A DNA stretch of 64,000 nt, taken from Octopus sinensis (taxonomy: Eukaryota). Where the stretch lies: positions 11,656,001-11,720,000 of the forward strand of contig NC_042997.1 of NCBI RefSeq assembly GCF_006345805.1. Reading direction: 5' to 3'. This document shows positions 1 through 14,364 of the stretch, piece by piece; the stretch's first letter is position 1, and each line of letters begins with the position of its first letter. A program made the position numbers and the translations under genes. The notes beneath the pieces were generated by a model. That model did no database searches, was not told where the DNA came from, and saw only the letters and a list, made by a program, of their open reading frames with translations.

Positions 1-16
1 AGTCTCTTCTACTATA

Positions 17-177
17 TATGACAGGCTTCTTTCTGTTTCCATCTACCAAATGCACTCACGTGGTTTTGGTCAACCCGAGGTTATAGCAGAAGACACTTGC
101 CCAAGGTGCCATGCAGTGGGACTGAACCCTGAACCACGTGGCTGGGAAGCAAGCTTCTTACCACACAGCCACGCCTT
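17..177 (-). mobile_element. SINE family A, 5' half (tRNA-like head)
   Basis: Reverse complement reads ...GTGGCTGTGTGGTAAGAAGCTTGC...GGTTCAGTCCCACTGC (A/B-box-like head); matches copies at 14556, 59350 and 62878. Confidence 0.85.
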
Positions 178-342
178 TCCAGAGCATGTTTTTGCATACC
201 TATGTATGCCTATGAATCTGTCATTCTTCGCAAATATACCCCTGTTAATGAGTAGGTATATTGTTCGTGCGTATTTATGTGTTCGAGTGTGTTTATGCGA
301 ATATTTCCTTGTGTATGTAAGCACGTATATTCAGACGTACGT

Positions 343-540
343 ACGTATGTATGTATGTATGTATGTATGTATGTATGTATGTATGTATGTATGTATGTAT
401 GTATGTATGTATGTATGTATGCATGTATGTATGTATGTATGTATGTAAGCAAGTATGTATGTATGTATGTATGTATGTATGTATGTACGCATGTACGCAT
501 GTATGTATGTATTATATATGTATGTAAGTATGTATGTATT
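343..540. repeat. (TATG)n microsatellite
   Basis: Direct reading. Confidence 0.97.
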
Positions 541-1194
541 TATGAATATGTGTATCTATGTAGCGTATGTAAATTGATATCGTATCACGCGCATGCGCGT
601 GTGCTTGTGCTTGTGATTATATCATGGAGTTGTTGAAGTTGATGTTAACTGTTAAAGGAAACGTAAACATCCCCTGCTTACAGCCAAAACACATACATAT
701 AAACACGCATATACATACACACACACACATATACATACACACACGAAGGTACTTACATATACACACAAGCACACATTTTCAAAGAAAAGACGGAGAAAAG
801 CAAAAAAGGGAAGATATAATAACAAAGGGGGAAGAAGAATAAAAGTAAACAATAATCAATAAAAGAAAATATAAAATGCGACGGAAGCAAAGATATAAGC
901 AAAAAATATTAAAAAAAATTAAATACTGTCTCACATAGTAAAATTAAACAAAACGTAAAACAATAATAAAAAAAATAGAAGCAAACAAAAGGATGCTCTC
1001 TAAAATGTTTTTGAGAAAGCACATAGATCGGCACATATACACACATGCACACACGCACACACACACATACAGATACATACACACACATAGGCACATACAA
1101 ATAAATACATATGCATAAGCACTTACATATAATGACAGAGAGACAGACAGACGGCGACAGACACTTACATACGCAAAGAGAATTCACTGTCCTA

Positions 1195-1209
1195 TATACT
1201 ATATATATA

Positions 1210-1248
<39 letters not shown>

Positions 1249-1410
1249 TATATATATATATATATATATTTACATTATATCATATTATATATATATATAA
1301 TATATATATATATATGTATATATGTATATATATATATAATATATATATATATATCTATATTATATAATATATATATATATGTATAATATATACATGTATA
1401 TATATGCTAT
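1195..1410. repeat. (TA)n-rich microsatellite
   Basis: Direct reading. Confidence 0.95.
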
Positions 1411-1414
1411 AGAT

Positions 1415-3010
<1,596 letters not shown>

Positions 3011-3441
3011 TATATATATAATATATATTATATATATATATATATTATATATATACATACGTACACATATTCATATATATACTTACATATATAGATATAC
3101 CAGTTATTTTTTGAAATGAAATAAGATTAAAAAGACAAAGATGGTTCCAGGAAAAAAGAGAACAACACAAAGATTTAAACAAGTAACAACAAACAACTAA
3201 ATTTATAGAAACAGAAAAAAAGTCAAATATCCACCTACACACACACACACACATACGCGCGCGCGCACTGAATCTCACACGTACACATACGCACACTCAG
3301 ACACACAAACACATACACTCATATTGCGAAAACAACAAGACAGATTTCCAAAAATGTATAAAATATTAAATGATGGCAATAAAAACGTCAACATTAATTA
3401 CATCACAGAGTAGTGGGAGATTAAAACAGAGAGAGCGAGCG

Positions 3442-3479
<38 letters not shown>

Positions 3480-3974
3480 AGAGAGTGAAAGAGAGGAGTG
3501 TAATAGCGCTAAGGGAGGGGGATTTTCAGGAAGGTGAGGCGTTCTATATTATATTCGTACATTTAACGGACGAGAGGAAAAACGAAAAGAAAAATACTTA
3601 AAACAGCGTTCATGATAGAAGTTTTTTTGTATTTACGAGTACGGGGACTGTACAGCGGGAAACTCTTAAAAGAGGTTGTGGATATTCGCTGGTTTAGTAA
3701 TTTCATTGCGGACAGACATATGCGTGTGGTTAAGCACCTTGCTGAGCATTCATGTAATTCCGAGATCGATTTCACTGTGGAGACTATTGAAAATTTCCTT
3801 TTACAATAGGCTTGTGCATTAATGAAACTTTGGCGAACGAGAACTGCGAGGAAGTCAATCAGATGTCGTCATAAAATTATGGATTGGCACACATGTTTGT
3901 CCTGGAGACTATTAAGAAGCTCGCGCGCAGGTACATACATACACCACCACCACATGAGCACACATATTTCGGCC

Positions 3975-4870
3975 CTGTATATGAATGATGTTCTAGCATT
4001 CTTAAACCTTATAATTGCCATACTATAGAAATGTTCAGGAAGGATCTGATAAATATCTTCAAAGAATTCGGCCTAACTATAACACTTGCCACCTATTTGA
4101 GGAAACTTTATATTCATAGAAACCCCACCATTCTCAGAATTGGAAACGTGGTCATGAGCATAAGTTGAAGGAGATATTTTCAGTAGAGGTTTGCACCACA
4201 ATAACGAGGCAATAGCTGGGAGTGGATTCACTGATATAAGGACGACGCCCCACTCCACAAACCAGAAGAGAATCAGTAAAAGGAAAATAATGATTCAATC
4301 CTTCATGCAACCTTGAAGTTTCAACTAATATAGCCAAGGAGCTTACTGGCACTAATAAAAAACTTCCTTCTGTATTATAAATTTTTCAATCTCCACAATG
4401 ACAAGGTCAGTTACTCCTGCTTTGACAACATCGCTTCAAACATCACTCGGTACGATAGACGCAAACACTCACCTACACAGCATTAAACTTCTACTCCGAC
4501 ATGTAACTTCCAAAACCCTACCAATTGCTCCCTGGGAGGATCCTGTCTCTAAAAGCCTGCAGTCTATAGAGCCATTTTCACACTACAGTGTGGTATTACA
4601 AGCAACTATACAGGTATGACAGTCAATACTTTTAGAATGTAATGATAGGAAAAACTCTATCACCTCGTCCTGCTTCATTTTAAACCTCTGTGACCGTCAG
4701 TATGACTTCTTTTACATCAAACAGACTATCACTGGTAGGGCGCTTCCTTATCCGCCTGGAGCTCGCAATTGCCTCATCTGTCTCCGTGAGAGACCACGCA
4801 ATATCCATCAACAGGAAGAATGAACTATTTTATTGTTGCCACCAGGGGTACACCCTGTCAATGAACTTCC
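3975..4870 (+). mobile_element. Degenerate Penelope-like element (RT 3' part to C-terminus)
   Basis: Translated fragments IEMFRKDLINIFKEFGLTITL and CLICLRE...INRKNELFYCCH resemble the PLE RT and the terminal LC.E..LNKR.E motif; many stops. Confidence 0.6.
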
Positions 4871-5410
4871 AGCCAGTGGCAGCAGACAACCGAGATATGC
4901 GTTCCTCGACCAAGCTGTCCCAAGGACAGCGTAGTTAATCCCTGCCGCTCGTATAAACTATAGCCCACCTATGTTGGTCATGCAGCCTCAATTATAATTC
5001 AACACAATCAACCTTGGTAACTCCCATGTAAAGGCAGTTTCCGCTAATGTGTTCATACTCTACCGATCGGTAACGGAGCTACTGAGACATGTCAGCATCT
5101 CACCTTAATATGTGTAGAATTCCATACAAAGAAATGGTGTCGCTGAACATAATTTGCCGCAGCCTGCCGCCAAAGTGTAACCAGCACCCTACAGACATCC
5201 TGTCCAAGAATGTGGGCTTAAAAGTACGGAAAATAGTTGGTGTTACTTTCATATCATTTATACTACGTGACATGGGTTGACCAATAGACGCCTAATAACT
5301 AGACCATCTCGAATTTCTACGCAAATTACACTCAGCTATCAGCATCTCATGAAATTGACGCGTCCTACGTGCCCACGAAACTTTAAGTCATGTGGAGCGA
5401 ATCAAACTGT

Positions 5411-5456
<46 letters not shown>

Positions 5457-5661
5457 CACACACACACACAGACACACACACACACACGCATTTCCTCTTG
5501 TTAAAACAATAAGTAGTTCAATAAATAGAGAACAATCAATTATCAGAATGTGCACATAGTAGCTGTCGATGTAAATGACCAAAAGCCGACATAACTCAAA
5601 TCTTAATTTAGTGATTGAAACCAATAAATAATATGGTAGAATATAACAAAACAAAATAAAA

Positions 5662-5734
<73 letters not shown>

Positions 5735-5798
5735 TACATATATATATAATATATATATCGTAATGTTTATATGCCAACAAAAAGAGACAGTCCTACAA

Positions 5799-6020
5799 AG
5801 AACGATGTTACTGTTGTTTTAGCCTCGGGAAAACATCTCTTCCAGCTGGCTAGCGACATCTATCTGTGTCCGTATATAGCATTTGCAAAGGAGATCTCAC
5901 ACTGAGGCCGGATAACATCCAAAATCCTAGGTTAGTGTGATTATCACGTAAATCTAGAGATGGGAGCAATGACCTCCCTTGCAAATGTTATATACGGAAA
6001 CAGACGATGTGTCGAGAGAT
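5799..6020. mobile_element. MITE-like foldback element (left arm plus partial right arm)
   Basis: 5854-5900 is an imperfect inverted repeat of 5971-6016; a second partial copy lies at 14365-14512. Confidence 0.6.
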
Positions 6021-6068
6021 TTAAAACATGATGTTGATATATATATATATATATATATATATATTCTT

Positions 6069-6399
6069 AGACCCCCTTCGGTCATGAATGACCATGGGAT
6101 TGCACCTAGAAAGTTACCCTCCTAGACACAAGTCCGGGCAAGGTTGTTTATGGAAGACCAGCAGTCGCCCATGCATACCGGCCTCCCCTCTCCACGCCAC
6201 CAGTGTTATCCAAGGGAAAGACAAAGGTCGATACAGCTTGGCACCAGTGACGTCGCAACTCATTTCTACAGCTGAGTGAACTGGAGCAACGTGAAATAAA
6301 GTGCCTGCTCAGAACACAACACGCAGCCCGGTCCGGGATTCGAGCTCACAACCCTCACGATCGTAAGCTCGACGCTCTAACCACTGAGCCATGTCGCCT
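6069..6399 (-). mobile_element. SINE family C, full length (tRNA head plus CORE-like central domain)
   Basis: Reverse complement has TGGCTCAGTGGTTAGAGCG...GTTCGAATCCC boxes followed by a CORE-like segment; near-identical copies at 30274 and 55764. Confidence 0.9.
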
Positions 6400-6408
6400 C
6401 ACACACAC

Positions 6409-6583
<175 letters not shown>

Positions 6584-6639
6584 TGTGTAGGAACATGCAA
6601 CAACCTTCAAAGCGTAGGAGGGAAAATTCTTTACATTTC

Positions 6640-7500
6640 AGTAACATGTCTACCCACAAAGCATTAACTTATATCTCCACACACAACCCCAGAAACAAAG
6701 GAGAATTCAGTATCATCGTCCAAAATCTTCCAATACGCCAAAGGGACCCCAAGCTTAATGAAATTCTACGTAACCATAAAATCATTAAGAACAGCAAACA
6801 GCCTAAGACATTGAAGAGGATTCTCACCAAAAGCAAACTATTTTCTAGAACAACGGACGCAAGAATCGTAAAGTGTGATCGCCCTACTTGCGGAACACGT
6901 CCCAATCTGATGGAAAGCTCGGTATTCCATTTCAGACAAGGACAAATATTCAAAAACATATCTAACTTCATTTGTGCCTCCCTAAACCCCATTTACGTAA
7001 TCAGATGCTCGGGCTGCCATCGAAACTATATTGGCTCGATTGGAAATTCGATCCGAAAGACATGCATGGTCCATAGAAACAAATTTCCTCCCCACAATTT
7101 CGCCAAATATACCTCGGTCAACCCATTGACGAATGTGCAGAAGGCTTACAACCACGATTCGTATTTCCCATTTAATCAACTTGCCTTCTGGACACAAGAC
7201 TGAATAAAGAAGTATCATTTATCCAAAAATATAAACCAGAATTAAATATGAACCCATATTAAAAATAAAGGACTTACCCCCACCCATCTAATGTAAGATA
7301 TAAGCTAGAATAAAATACAGAACACAAAAAACAAAAAAATATTTTTTACAGATTTAGCTCCCCTTTAGTGCGAAATAAATGAGTGAACAGTTATCTCCCC
7401 GTAGATATAAATGTTTTCCTCCCTAGCAATATATCCTTTGCAACTCTCAGCTTGATGAGCAATGCGAAACCGGTACTCACTTCAATTATGTTGAAAGAAC
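6640..7500 (+). mobile_element. Penelope-like element 3' remnant: GIY-YIG endonuclease region plus 3' UTR/pLTR
   Basis: ORF 6391-7203 contains YISTHNPRN...KCDRPTCGT...NPIYVIRCSGCHRNYIGSIGNSIRK (GIY-YIG signature); same family as 40660-41730. Confidence 0.85.
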
Positions 7501-7587
7501 AAAACCTTATTTTGTACAAAATTGTATAATACCTTTATCATGGCGCTAATATACTCTTAAGTCCTGTAAAAAAATCTGTGTTCTCTC

Positions 7588-7651
<64 letters not shown>

Positions 7652-7679
7652 CTCATCTCTCTCTCTCTCTCTCTCTCGA

Positions 7680-7713
<34 letters not shown>

Positions 7714-7714
<1 letters not shown>

Positions 7715-8081
7715 AGGAGGCGCAATGGCCCAGTGTTGGGCAGCGGACTTGCGGTTGTGGGATCACGGGTTCGATTCCCATACCTAGCGTTCTAAGTGTT
7801 TATTGAGCGAAAACACCTAAAGATCCATGAGGCTCTGGCAGGTGGGGATGACGAACACTGCTGTACTCTTTCAACACAACTTTCTCTCAACTTCCTGTTG
7901 TACCTGTATTTCAAAGGGCTAGCCTTGTCACGCTGAATGTCTCCGAGAAGTACGTTAAGGGTACATGTGCCCGTGGACTGATCAGCTACTTACACGTTAA
8001 TTTCACGAGAGGGCTGTTCCGTTGATTGTGTTCTTCCTGGAATCAACTGAAACCCTCGTCATTGTAACTGATGGAGAGCCA
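7714..8081 (+). mobile_element. SINE family B, full length
   Basis: GGCGCAATGGCCCAGTG...GGGTTCGATTCCC head; homologous to 20955-21330 and 24898-25065. Confidence 0.88.

Positions 8082-8082
<1 letters not shown>

Positions 8083-8176
<94 letters not shown>
8083..8176. repeat. (ATCT)n microsatellite
   Basis: Direct reading. Confidence 0.97.
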
Positions 8177-8177
<1 letters not shown>

Positions 8178-8199
8178 TAAAGCTGCGGTCATGCTGGGG

Positions 8200-8400
8200 C
8201 ACCAGAACAATCGAATATTAAAGTAACAATAACAAAACAGCAAGTGGACGGACACATAGATGTATTAGTTTGGCGCTAGGTAAAGGTGGAAAGAAGAGTG
8301 GGTTTTTAACGTTTCGATCATAGCTTTTCTTCAGAAGGAAAAATTTCACAAAGAGTACATGTGTTGTTACATGGCTGAATGGATTTTTTTCTTTAAAGCC
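8200..8400 (-). mobile_element. Probable solo PLE pLTR-like fragment with a degenerate hammerhead motif (8303-8338)
   Basis: Minus strand CTGAAGA-AAAGCTATGATC-GAAACGTT; similar layout to 11705-11900. Confidence 0.5.
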
Positions 8401-8451
8401 ATACACGTTTCGGTAGATTAATTGCAGAGATTACATAACTGCTTGCTGAAA

Positions 8452-8603
8452 AGTGGCTGTGGTAAGTAGCTTGCTTACCTATCACATGCTTCCGGGTTCA
8501 GTCCCACTGCGTGACATCTTGGAGAAGTGTCTTCTACTATAGCCTTGGGCCCACCAAAGCCTTGTGAGTGGATTGGTATCTATATAGGGAACTGAAAGAA
8601 GCC

Positions 8604-8634
<31 letters not shown>

Positions 8635-8893
8635 ATTCTATATATATATTTATGTGGTGTGTTGTGGTGTGTGGGTGTGTGTGTGTATGTGTGTGCATAT
8701 ATGTTTGTGTATATGTGTTTGTCCCCCAAATCGCTTGACAACCGTCCTCGTAACTTAGCGGTTCGGCAAAGGAGATCGATAGAATAAGCACTAGGCTTCC
8801 AAGGAATAAGTCCTGGGGTTGACTTGCTCGACTAAAGGCGGTGCTCCAGCATGGCCGCAGTCAAATGACTGAAAAAGGTAAAAGAGTAAAAGA
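8452..8893 (+). mobile_element. SINE family A, full length with internal TA/TG microsatellite
   Basis: Head GTGGCTGTGGTAAGTAGC, tail GCGGTGCTCCAGCATGGCCGCAGTCAAATGACTGAAA...TAAAAGA. Confidence 0.9.
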
Positions 8894-8988
8894 TTAAAAT
8901 AACTTAGCGTTTAGCTAAAATAACTTGTTAGTGTTTAGCTAAAATACAAAGAATGGTGCTAAGTGCTTAATATATATCCGCAGTATGC

Positions 8989-9060
8989 AAATTATCAACA
9001 ACATCAGTGGAAAGTAAATTATCAACAACATCAGTGGAAATTATCAACGACATCAGTGGG
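8989..9060. repeat. Short tandem repeat, ~3 copies of AAATTATCAACAACATCAGTGG
   Basis: Direct reading. Confidence 0.85.
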
Positions 9061-9299
9061 AACATAGAGCATAGCGTGCGTAGGCCAGAACTGCTTTTAC
9101 AGTTACACATTCCCGCTCGAACACACCTACATCTATTCTCAACATATACAATAAAGAGGAGGGGAAGAAAAGGGAGGAGAGAAAGAAAGCTCTAGCATCA
9201 ATCACCCCCACCAACAATACCCAACGAAACCCAACAGAACCCCAAGATGCCAGCTAAACAAGCCTGACAGAGACATGACTGTCTCTGTCTCTACTATAT

Positions 9300-9535
9300 T
9301 CAAAGCCTTGCGTGCGAATGAATTTGGTGGACGGAAACTGAAAGCTCATCGTATAAATAGCAACGTGTGTGTGTGTCTTTGTGCCTGTATTTGTCCCCAC
9401 CATTCCTTGACAACCGATAGAGCAAGTACCGGGCTTTAAAAATGTCCTGGGGTCGATTCGTTCGACTGTAATTCTTCAAGGCAGCACTCCTGCATGGAAC
9501 ATTATAATCACTGAAATAAGAGATAAAAGATAAGC
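9300..9535 (+). mobile_element. Diverged SINE family A, 3' part
   Basis: Similarity to family A central and tail segments. Confidence 0.65.
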
Positions 9536-9538
9536 GAT

Positions 9539-9600
<62 letters not shown>

Positions 9601-9601
9601 C

Positions 9602-9635
<34 letters not shown>

Positions 9636-9786
9636 GTTAGGTCATTTTATTTGCCTTCATTGATGATAGATCAGTTGAGTAAACTATCAGTAATATGTCT
9701 ATAATGACACTGAAGACAGCTGTAAGCCCAATTGCTCCAAAAAGGAATAATAGTGTGTAATGACCATTATTTCTAACTTGCTTCTG

Positions 9787-9867
<81 letters not shown>

Positions 9868-9907
9868 CTCTCTCTCTCTCCTCTCACTCACTCTCTCCTC
9901 TCTCTTC

Positions 9908-9958
<51 letters not shown>

Positions 9959-9989
9959 CACACACATATATTTTTATTTGTGAGTTAAG

Positions 9990-11490
9990 TCTACCATTGG
10001 TTTCATGTTAAGAAAAGTAGGAAAATATCCTAGTGTCTTCAAATTTCTTCTATTTTGGAAAACACAGCCTCGTTTAGGTGGCGGAGATTCGCGTGAATTC
10101 TCGTGAATAAAACAATGAATCAAGGGACGCTACTCTCGGATGGCATCTTCTGAATGTTTGTATTCCTTGGATTTGTGTTTTGGGAAAACTGTTGTATGGT
10201 CATTTTATTTGCACTATTTTGTTTTTGCTGTGGGTGTCGTTTTCTGATACGTGTGTGCTGAGGTAGTTCGTCATTGGAGCATATTTCTTCTGTGTGTTGA
10301 GTTTGTGCGCCATGTGTGAAACTTAACACAGCAAAATTTAAACCCTACCACAAACCAAAAGAGGAAGCCTCGTACATGGACATAGGCTCCAACCACCCAC
10401 AAGCAGTAATTAAATGAATGGTTAACAAGATTAGCTGACGCATCTCCAATTTATCCGCCGATAAAGATATTGTTGAAAAAACCACCCAATACTATATTGG
10501 TGTTTTAGAAAGATCAAGATTTAAGAATAGTATAAAGTTCATCGAACCAAATATATTGATCGAGAATATGCAGACAGAAGAAAACCTTACGGTTTAACCC
10601 ACCTTATAGTATGAATGTAGCTACTAACATAGCTAGGAAATTCTGAAAATTTATAGACAACCAGTTTCTGCATAGGCACAAATACCATATCTTCAACAGA
10701 AATACTGTTAAAGTTAGCTATTGTGCACATTCACAATACACAATATAGGGTGAATGATACTCAATTACAATGAATATATACATAAGAGAAAAAAATAAGA
10801 AAAAAACAAGCAGCATCCCTGTCAAATATGATATGGGTATTGAAAGAAGGTAGAATAAGCAACCACTGGATAGAATGGAAAATAATTGCTAAAGCCAAAA
10901 AACCCCCCAAAAAACAGAGAGAACGGGGCACCAAATGTGAACTTAGTATTACTAAAAAACTAAGCATTATACAATCAACAAATAACATCCTAAACACTAC
11001 AGATGAAAACTTCTCCCCTTGCATACACAAGCAATATTTTACGCTGAAATACTTCTAAGAAGAGCCATCATCTGCCAAAATAATCCCACCAGGATATCTC
11101 CTAGCCTGGACGTGAAATCTGGACACACATAGCACACAAAATCCACTTACAGAAGACATATTCCTCCGTGATGAACTACCTCAGCACACAAGTATAAGAA
11201 CACCACACCTAGAACAAAAACAAAGTAGTGCAAATATTTTGACCACACAACTGTTTGCCCAAAAGAGAAATCCCAAGGAGAGAAACATTAAAAGAATGCC
11301 AGTCAAGAGTTACGTCCCTTGATTCATTGTTTTATCCACGAGAATTCTCGAGAACGTCCGCGAACTAAACGAGGCTGTGTTTTCCAAAATGGAGGCAGAA
11401 ACCTTTCTCCTTATGACTGACTTGAAAAATTGTTAAGACACTAGGATGTTTACCAACGTTTCTTAACATGAAACCAATGTTAGCCATAGT
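9990..11490 (+). mobile_element. Penelope-like element 3' fragment flanked by inverted ~340-bp arms (9990-10325 and 11135-11490)
   Basis: 10340-11000 translates to KFKPYHKP...GSNHPQAVIK, FNPPYSMNVATNIARKF, IFNRNTVKVSY and KCELSITKKLSI; the arms are reverse complements. Confidence 0.85.
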
Positions 11491-11558
11491 TCATAAATAA
11501 AGAAATTACATCCACCAATGCGGTATCGAGCACTCATTTTCATCTTTCAACCTTTTAC

Positions 11559-11559
<1 letters not shown>

Positions 11560-11607
<48 letters not shown>

Positions 11608-11646
11608 ATATATATAATATATATATAATATATATATATATATTAC

Positions 11647-11705
<59 letters not shown>
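11560..11705. repeat. (TA)n microsatellite
   Basis: Direct reading. Confidence 0.97.
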
Positions 11706-11709
<4 letters not shown>

Positions 11710-11805
11710 ATCCAAACAAGAAAGCACAAAAAAAAACACAACAACGCGAGGACGTGGAACAAATATAGTATTATTGGACGCTCAGGAAAGAAGGAAAGAA
11801 GGAGG

Positions 11806-11840
11806 GTTTAACGTTTCGAGCGGAGCTCTTCGTCGGAAAC
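11806..11840 (-). ncRNA. Minimal type I hammerhead ribozyme motif with CCGACGA core, within a ~200-bp pLTR-like element (11705-11910)
   Basis: GTTT-CCGACGA-A-GAGC(TCC)GCTC-GAAACGTT-AAAC: stem I 4 bp, stem II 4 bp, palindromic AACGTT stem III; activity not shown. Confidence 0.6.
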
Positions 11841-12652
11841 ATAGGCGAAGGAAAGATCCAGAGAAGGGAAGACAGAGGAAAAAAAAATCGCCAACGGTAC
11901 ACACGAGGTCACAATATATAGATAGATAGATAGAAAGAAAGAGAGAGATGAGCAACTAGGTGTGTGAGAATATGAATAAGAAAATGATGGAAGACTGGCT
12001 GAGAATGAAAAACAGTGTGACAAGCTAACAATATTTCTGCTTCGCATTAACACAACTATGTAACTAGTACCCTATTACTCATTTCATGCTCTCGATATCC
12101 ATTTCTCGACTCATCCAACTTCATGCTCCGAAAGAACCTCGGAACTGGAACTTTGTGTACGTATGATTTTATGTTGCATGTGGGGTACCCTGCAAAATTC
12201 GTTAAAGTCTTGCTGAGAAATGATGGCGTTGTTTAAAGGCAAACATCGAAGCTTGTATGTATAGATTATAACCAGCTCTTGTCCACCATTCCTCTACAAG
12301 TATTATTATTTATGTATGTGGACGACTGTGATCAAGTAATACAGAAGAAGCGGATCAAGTTATTTAGATGAATGATTGTTCTAACAGGGTTCAAATCTTT
12401 CCTTCTCTGGCTAGCGATAGCACAAAATTATGCGAAATGTAAAATAATCAGAGAAAGTAAAAAATGAGACGGTTATCGGAAAACATGCTACTGTTTGTCT
12501 GTCTGTTTATCTATCTGTCTGTTTGCCCTCTGTGAGTAACATGTACAATGATTTCGCTAATTATTTTAGGTACCTGTGTGGTCACAATCAGACATAGAAA
12601 CCCTCTCGGCCAGCTTTCTCTTCAAAGTGCGGAGTATCGAAAATTTGACAGC

Positions 12653-12855
<203 letters not shown>

Positions 12856-13055
12856 CAGCTTAACAGGTTGGAGAAACTTGCACTGGATTGCTTCGTTTAA
12901 GTACACTACTCGCCCCGCCTCGTCGCGGAATCGAAACCATAACCTTTTGATCTTGATACTAAAGCCCAAATCATTAAGACAAGTGCCTTTAAACATAGAC
13001 AAGACAAGACAAGACAACACGCGCGCACATACAGACAGCACAGACACAGACGCAC

Positions 13056-13086
<31 letters not shown>

Positions 13087-13147
13087 TGTATGTATGTGTG
13101 TATGTATGTATGTATGTATGTATGTATGAATGTATGTATGTATGTAC

Positions 13148-13184
<37 letters not shown>

Positions 13185-13213
13185 CACGCATGCTAAGACC
13201 CCATACAGCACGA

Positions 13214-13245
<32 letters not shown>

Positions 13246-13334
13246 ACACGCATGCTAAGACCCCATACAGCACGATAACTAATTAATTCACTAACTGGAA
13301 AAATATTATTCATGCTTAAAAGATGATAAACTAC

Positions 13335-13387
13335 CTGTTTCAAACTGCTCTTCTCATCAGGCTTCTTGCCACCGGAATCCTTCTTGG
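13335..13387 (-). CDS. Candidate 53-nt coding exon (x)KKDSGGKKPDEKSSLKQ; also overlaps a hammerhead-like motif
   Basis: Acceptor TTCTCCACTACCTACAG, donor CAG|GTAGTT, open frame phase 1 to 0; no homology recognised. Confidence 0.25.
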
Positions 13388-13856
13388 CTGTAGGTAGTGG
13401 AGAACTACAACTAATAAACAAACGATAAAGTTCTCTTATTGTTGTGAGTCTGACAGCTATAGAGCTATAATTAATTACGCAACACATCATGCAACAAGGG
13501 ATTTAATTAGCAATTAACTAAAAATATACAGAGTTGACCATAATTATGGCAATTCTAACGTTTCGTAAACGTAAGATGTACACAGACGCGCACACACACA
13601 GATTTAACTAAAATGATTTATTAAAACAAACATATACGAACGAGTGTTCATTTTAACATTAGCATGTGCCATACAGCCTGTTCTGTTTTTTTTCTATGTT
13701 GTATAACAAATCACGCGATGTTGTAAATTATGAACGACGAAATTAAAGCGCTCATTTTCGAAATTTTCACCTGTTTCTTCAGCCATCTTGTATTTCTGAG
13801 CTATCAACATAAACATCATCATTATCATCATCATGTATTATGTATGTATGTATGTA

Positions 13857-14345
13857 TGCCTCCGCCGTCTCTGCCGATGACTCCGCTACCTCTGCCGCCA
13901 CCTCTGCCGCCACCTCTGCCGCCGCCTCCGCCACCTCTACCGCCGCCTCCGCCACCTCTGCCTGCGCGTCCGCTGCCGCCGCCTCCGCTGCCGCCGCCTC
14001 CGCCACCTCTACCGCCGCCTCCTCCTCCGCCGCCTGCGCCTCTGCCTGCGCGTCCGCCTTCGCCTCCGCCTTCGCCTTCGCCTCCGCCTTCGCCTTCGCC
14101 TCCGCCTTCGCCTTCGCCTCCGCCTTCGCCTTCGCCTCCGCCTTCGCCTTCGCCTCCGCCTTCGCCTTCGCCTCCGCCTTCGCCTTCGCCTCCGCCTTCG
14201 CCTTCGCCTCCGCCTTCGCCTTCGCCTCCGCCTTCGCCTTCGCCTTCGCCTTCGCCTCGCCTTCGCCTCCGCCTTCGCCTCCGCCCGCCGCCGCCTTCGC
14301 CTCCGTCTACGCCTCTGTTTGCGCCTCCGCCGCTCTCTCCCCAAT
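13857..14345. repeat. GC-rich minisatellite: 12-mer CCTCTGCCGCCA grading into ~10 copies of the 18-mer TCCGCCTTCGCCTTCGCC
   Basis: Direct reading. Confidence 0.95.
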
Positions 14346-14364
14346 GAAGACGGGTAACTATTCA

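Noticed and set aside
3430-3950. Possible promoter or first exon (GA tract, AAG|GTGAGG donor, CpGs not depleted)
   Set aside because: No specific motif or transcript evidence, and CpG retention alone is weak in this genome type
6088-6279. Repeated 63-aa ORF MTMGLHLESYP... (also 30293 and 55816)
   Set aside because: It is an antisense frame of SINE family C; its recurrence reflects SINE copy similarity
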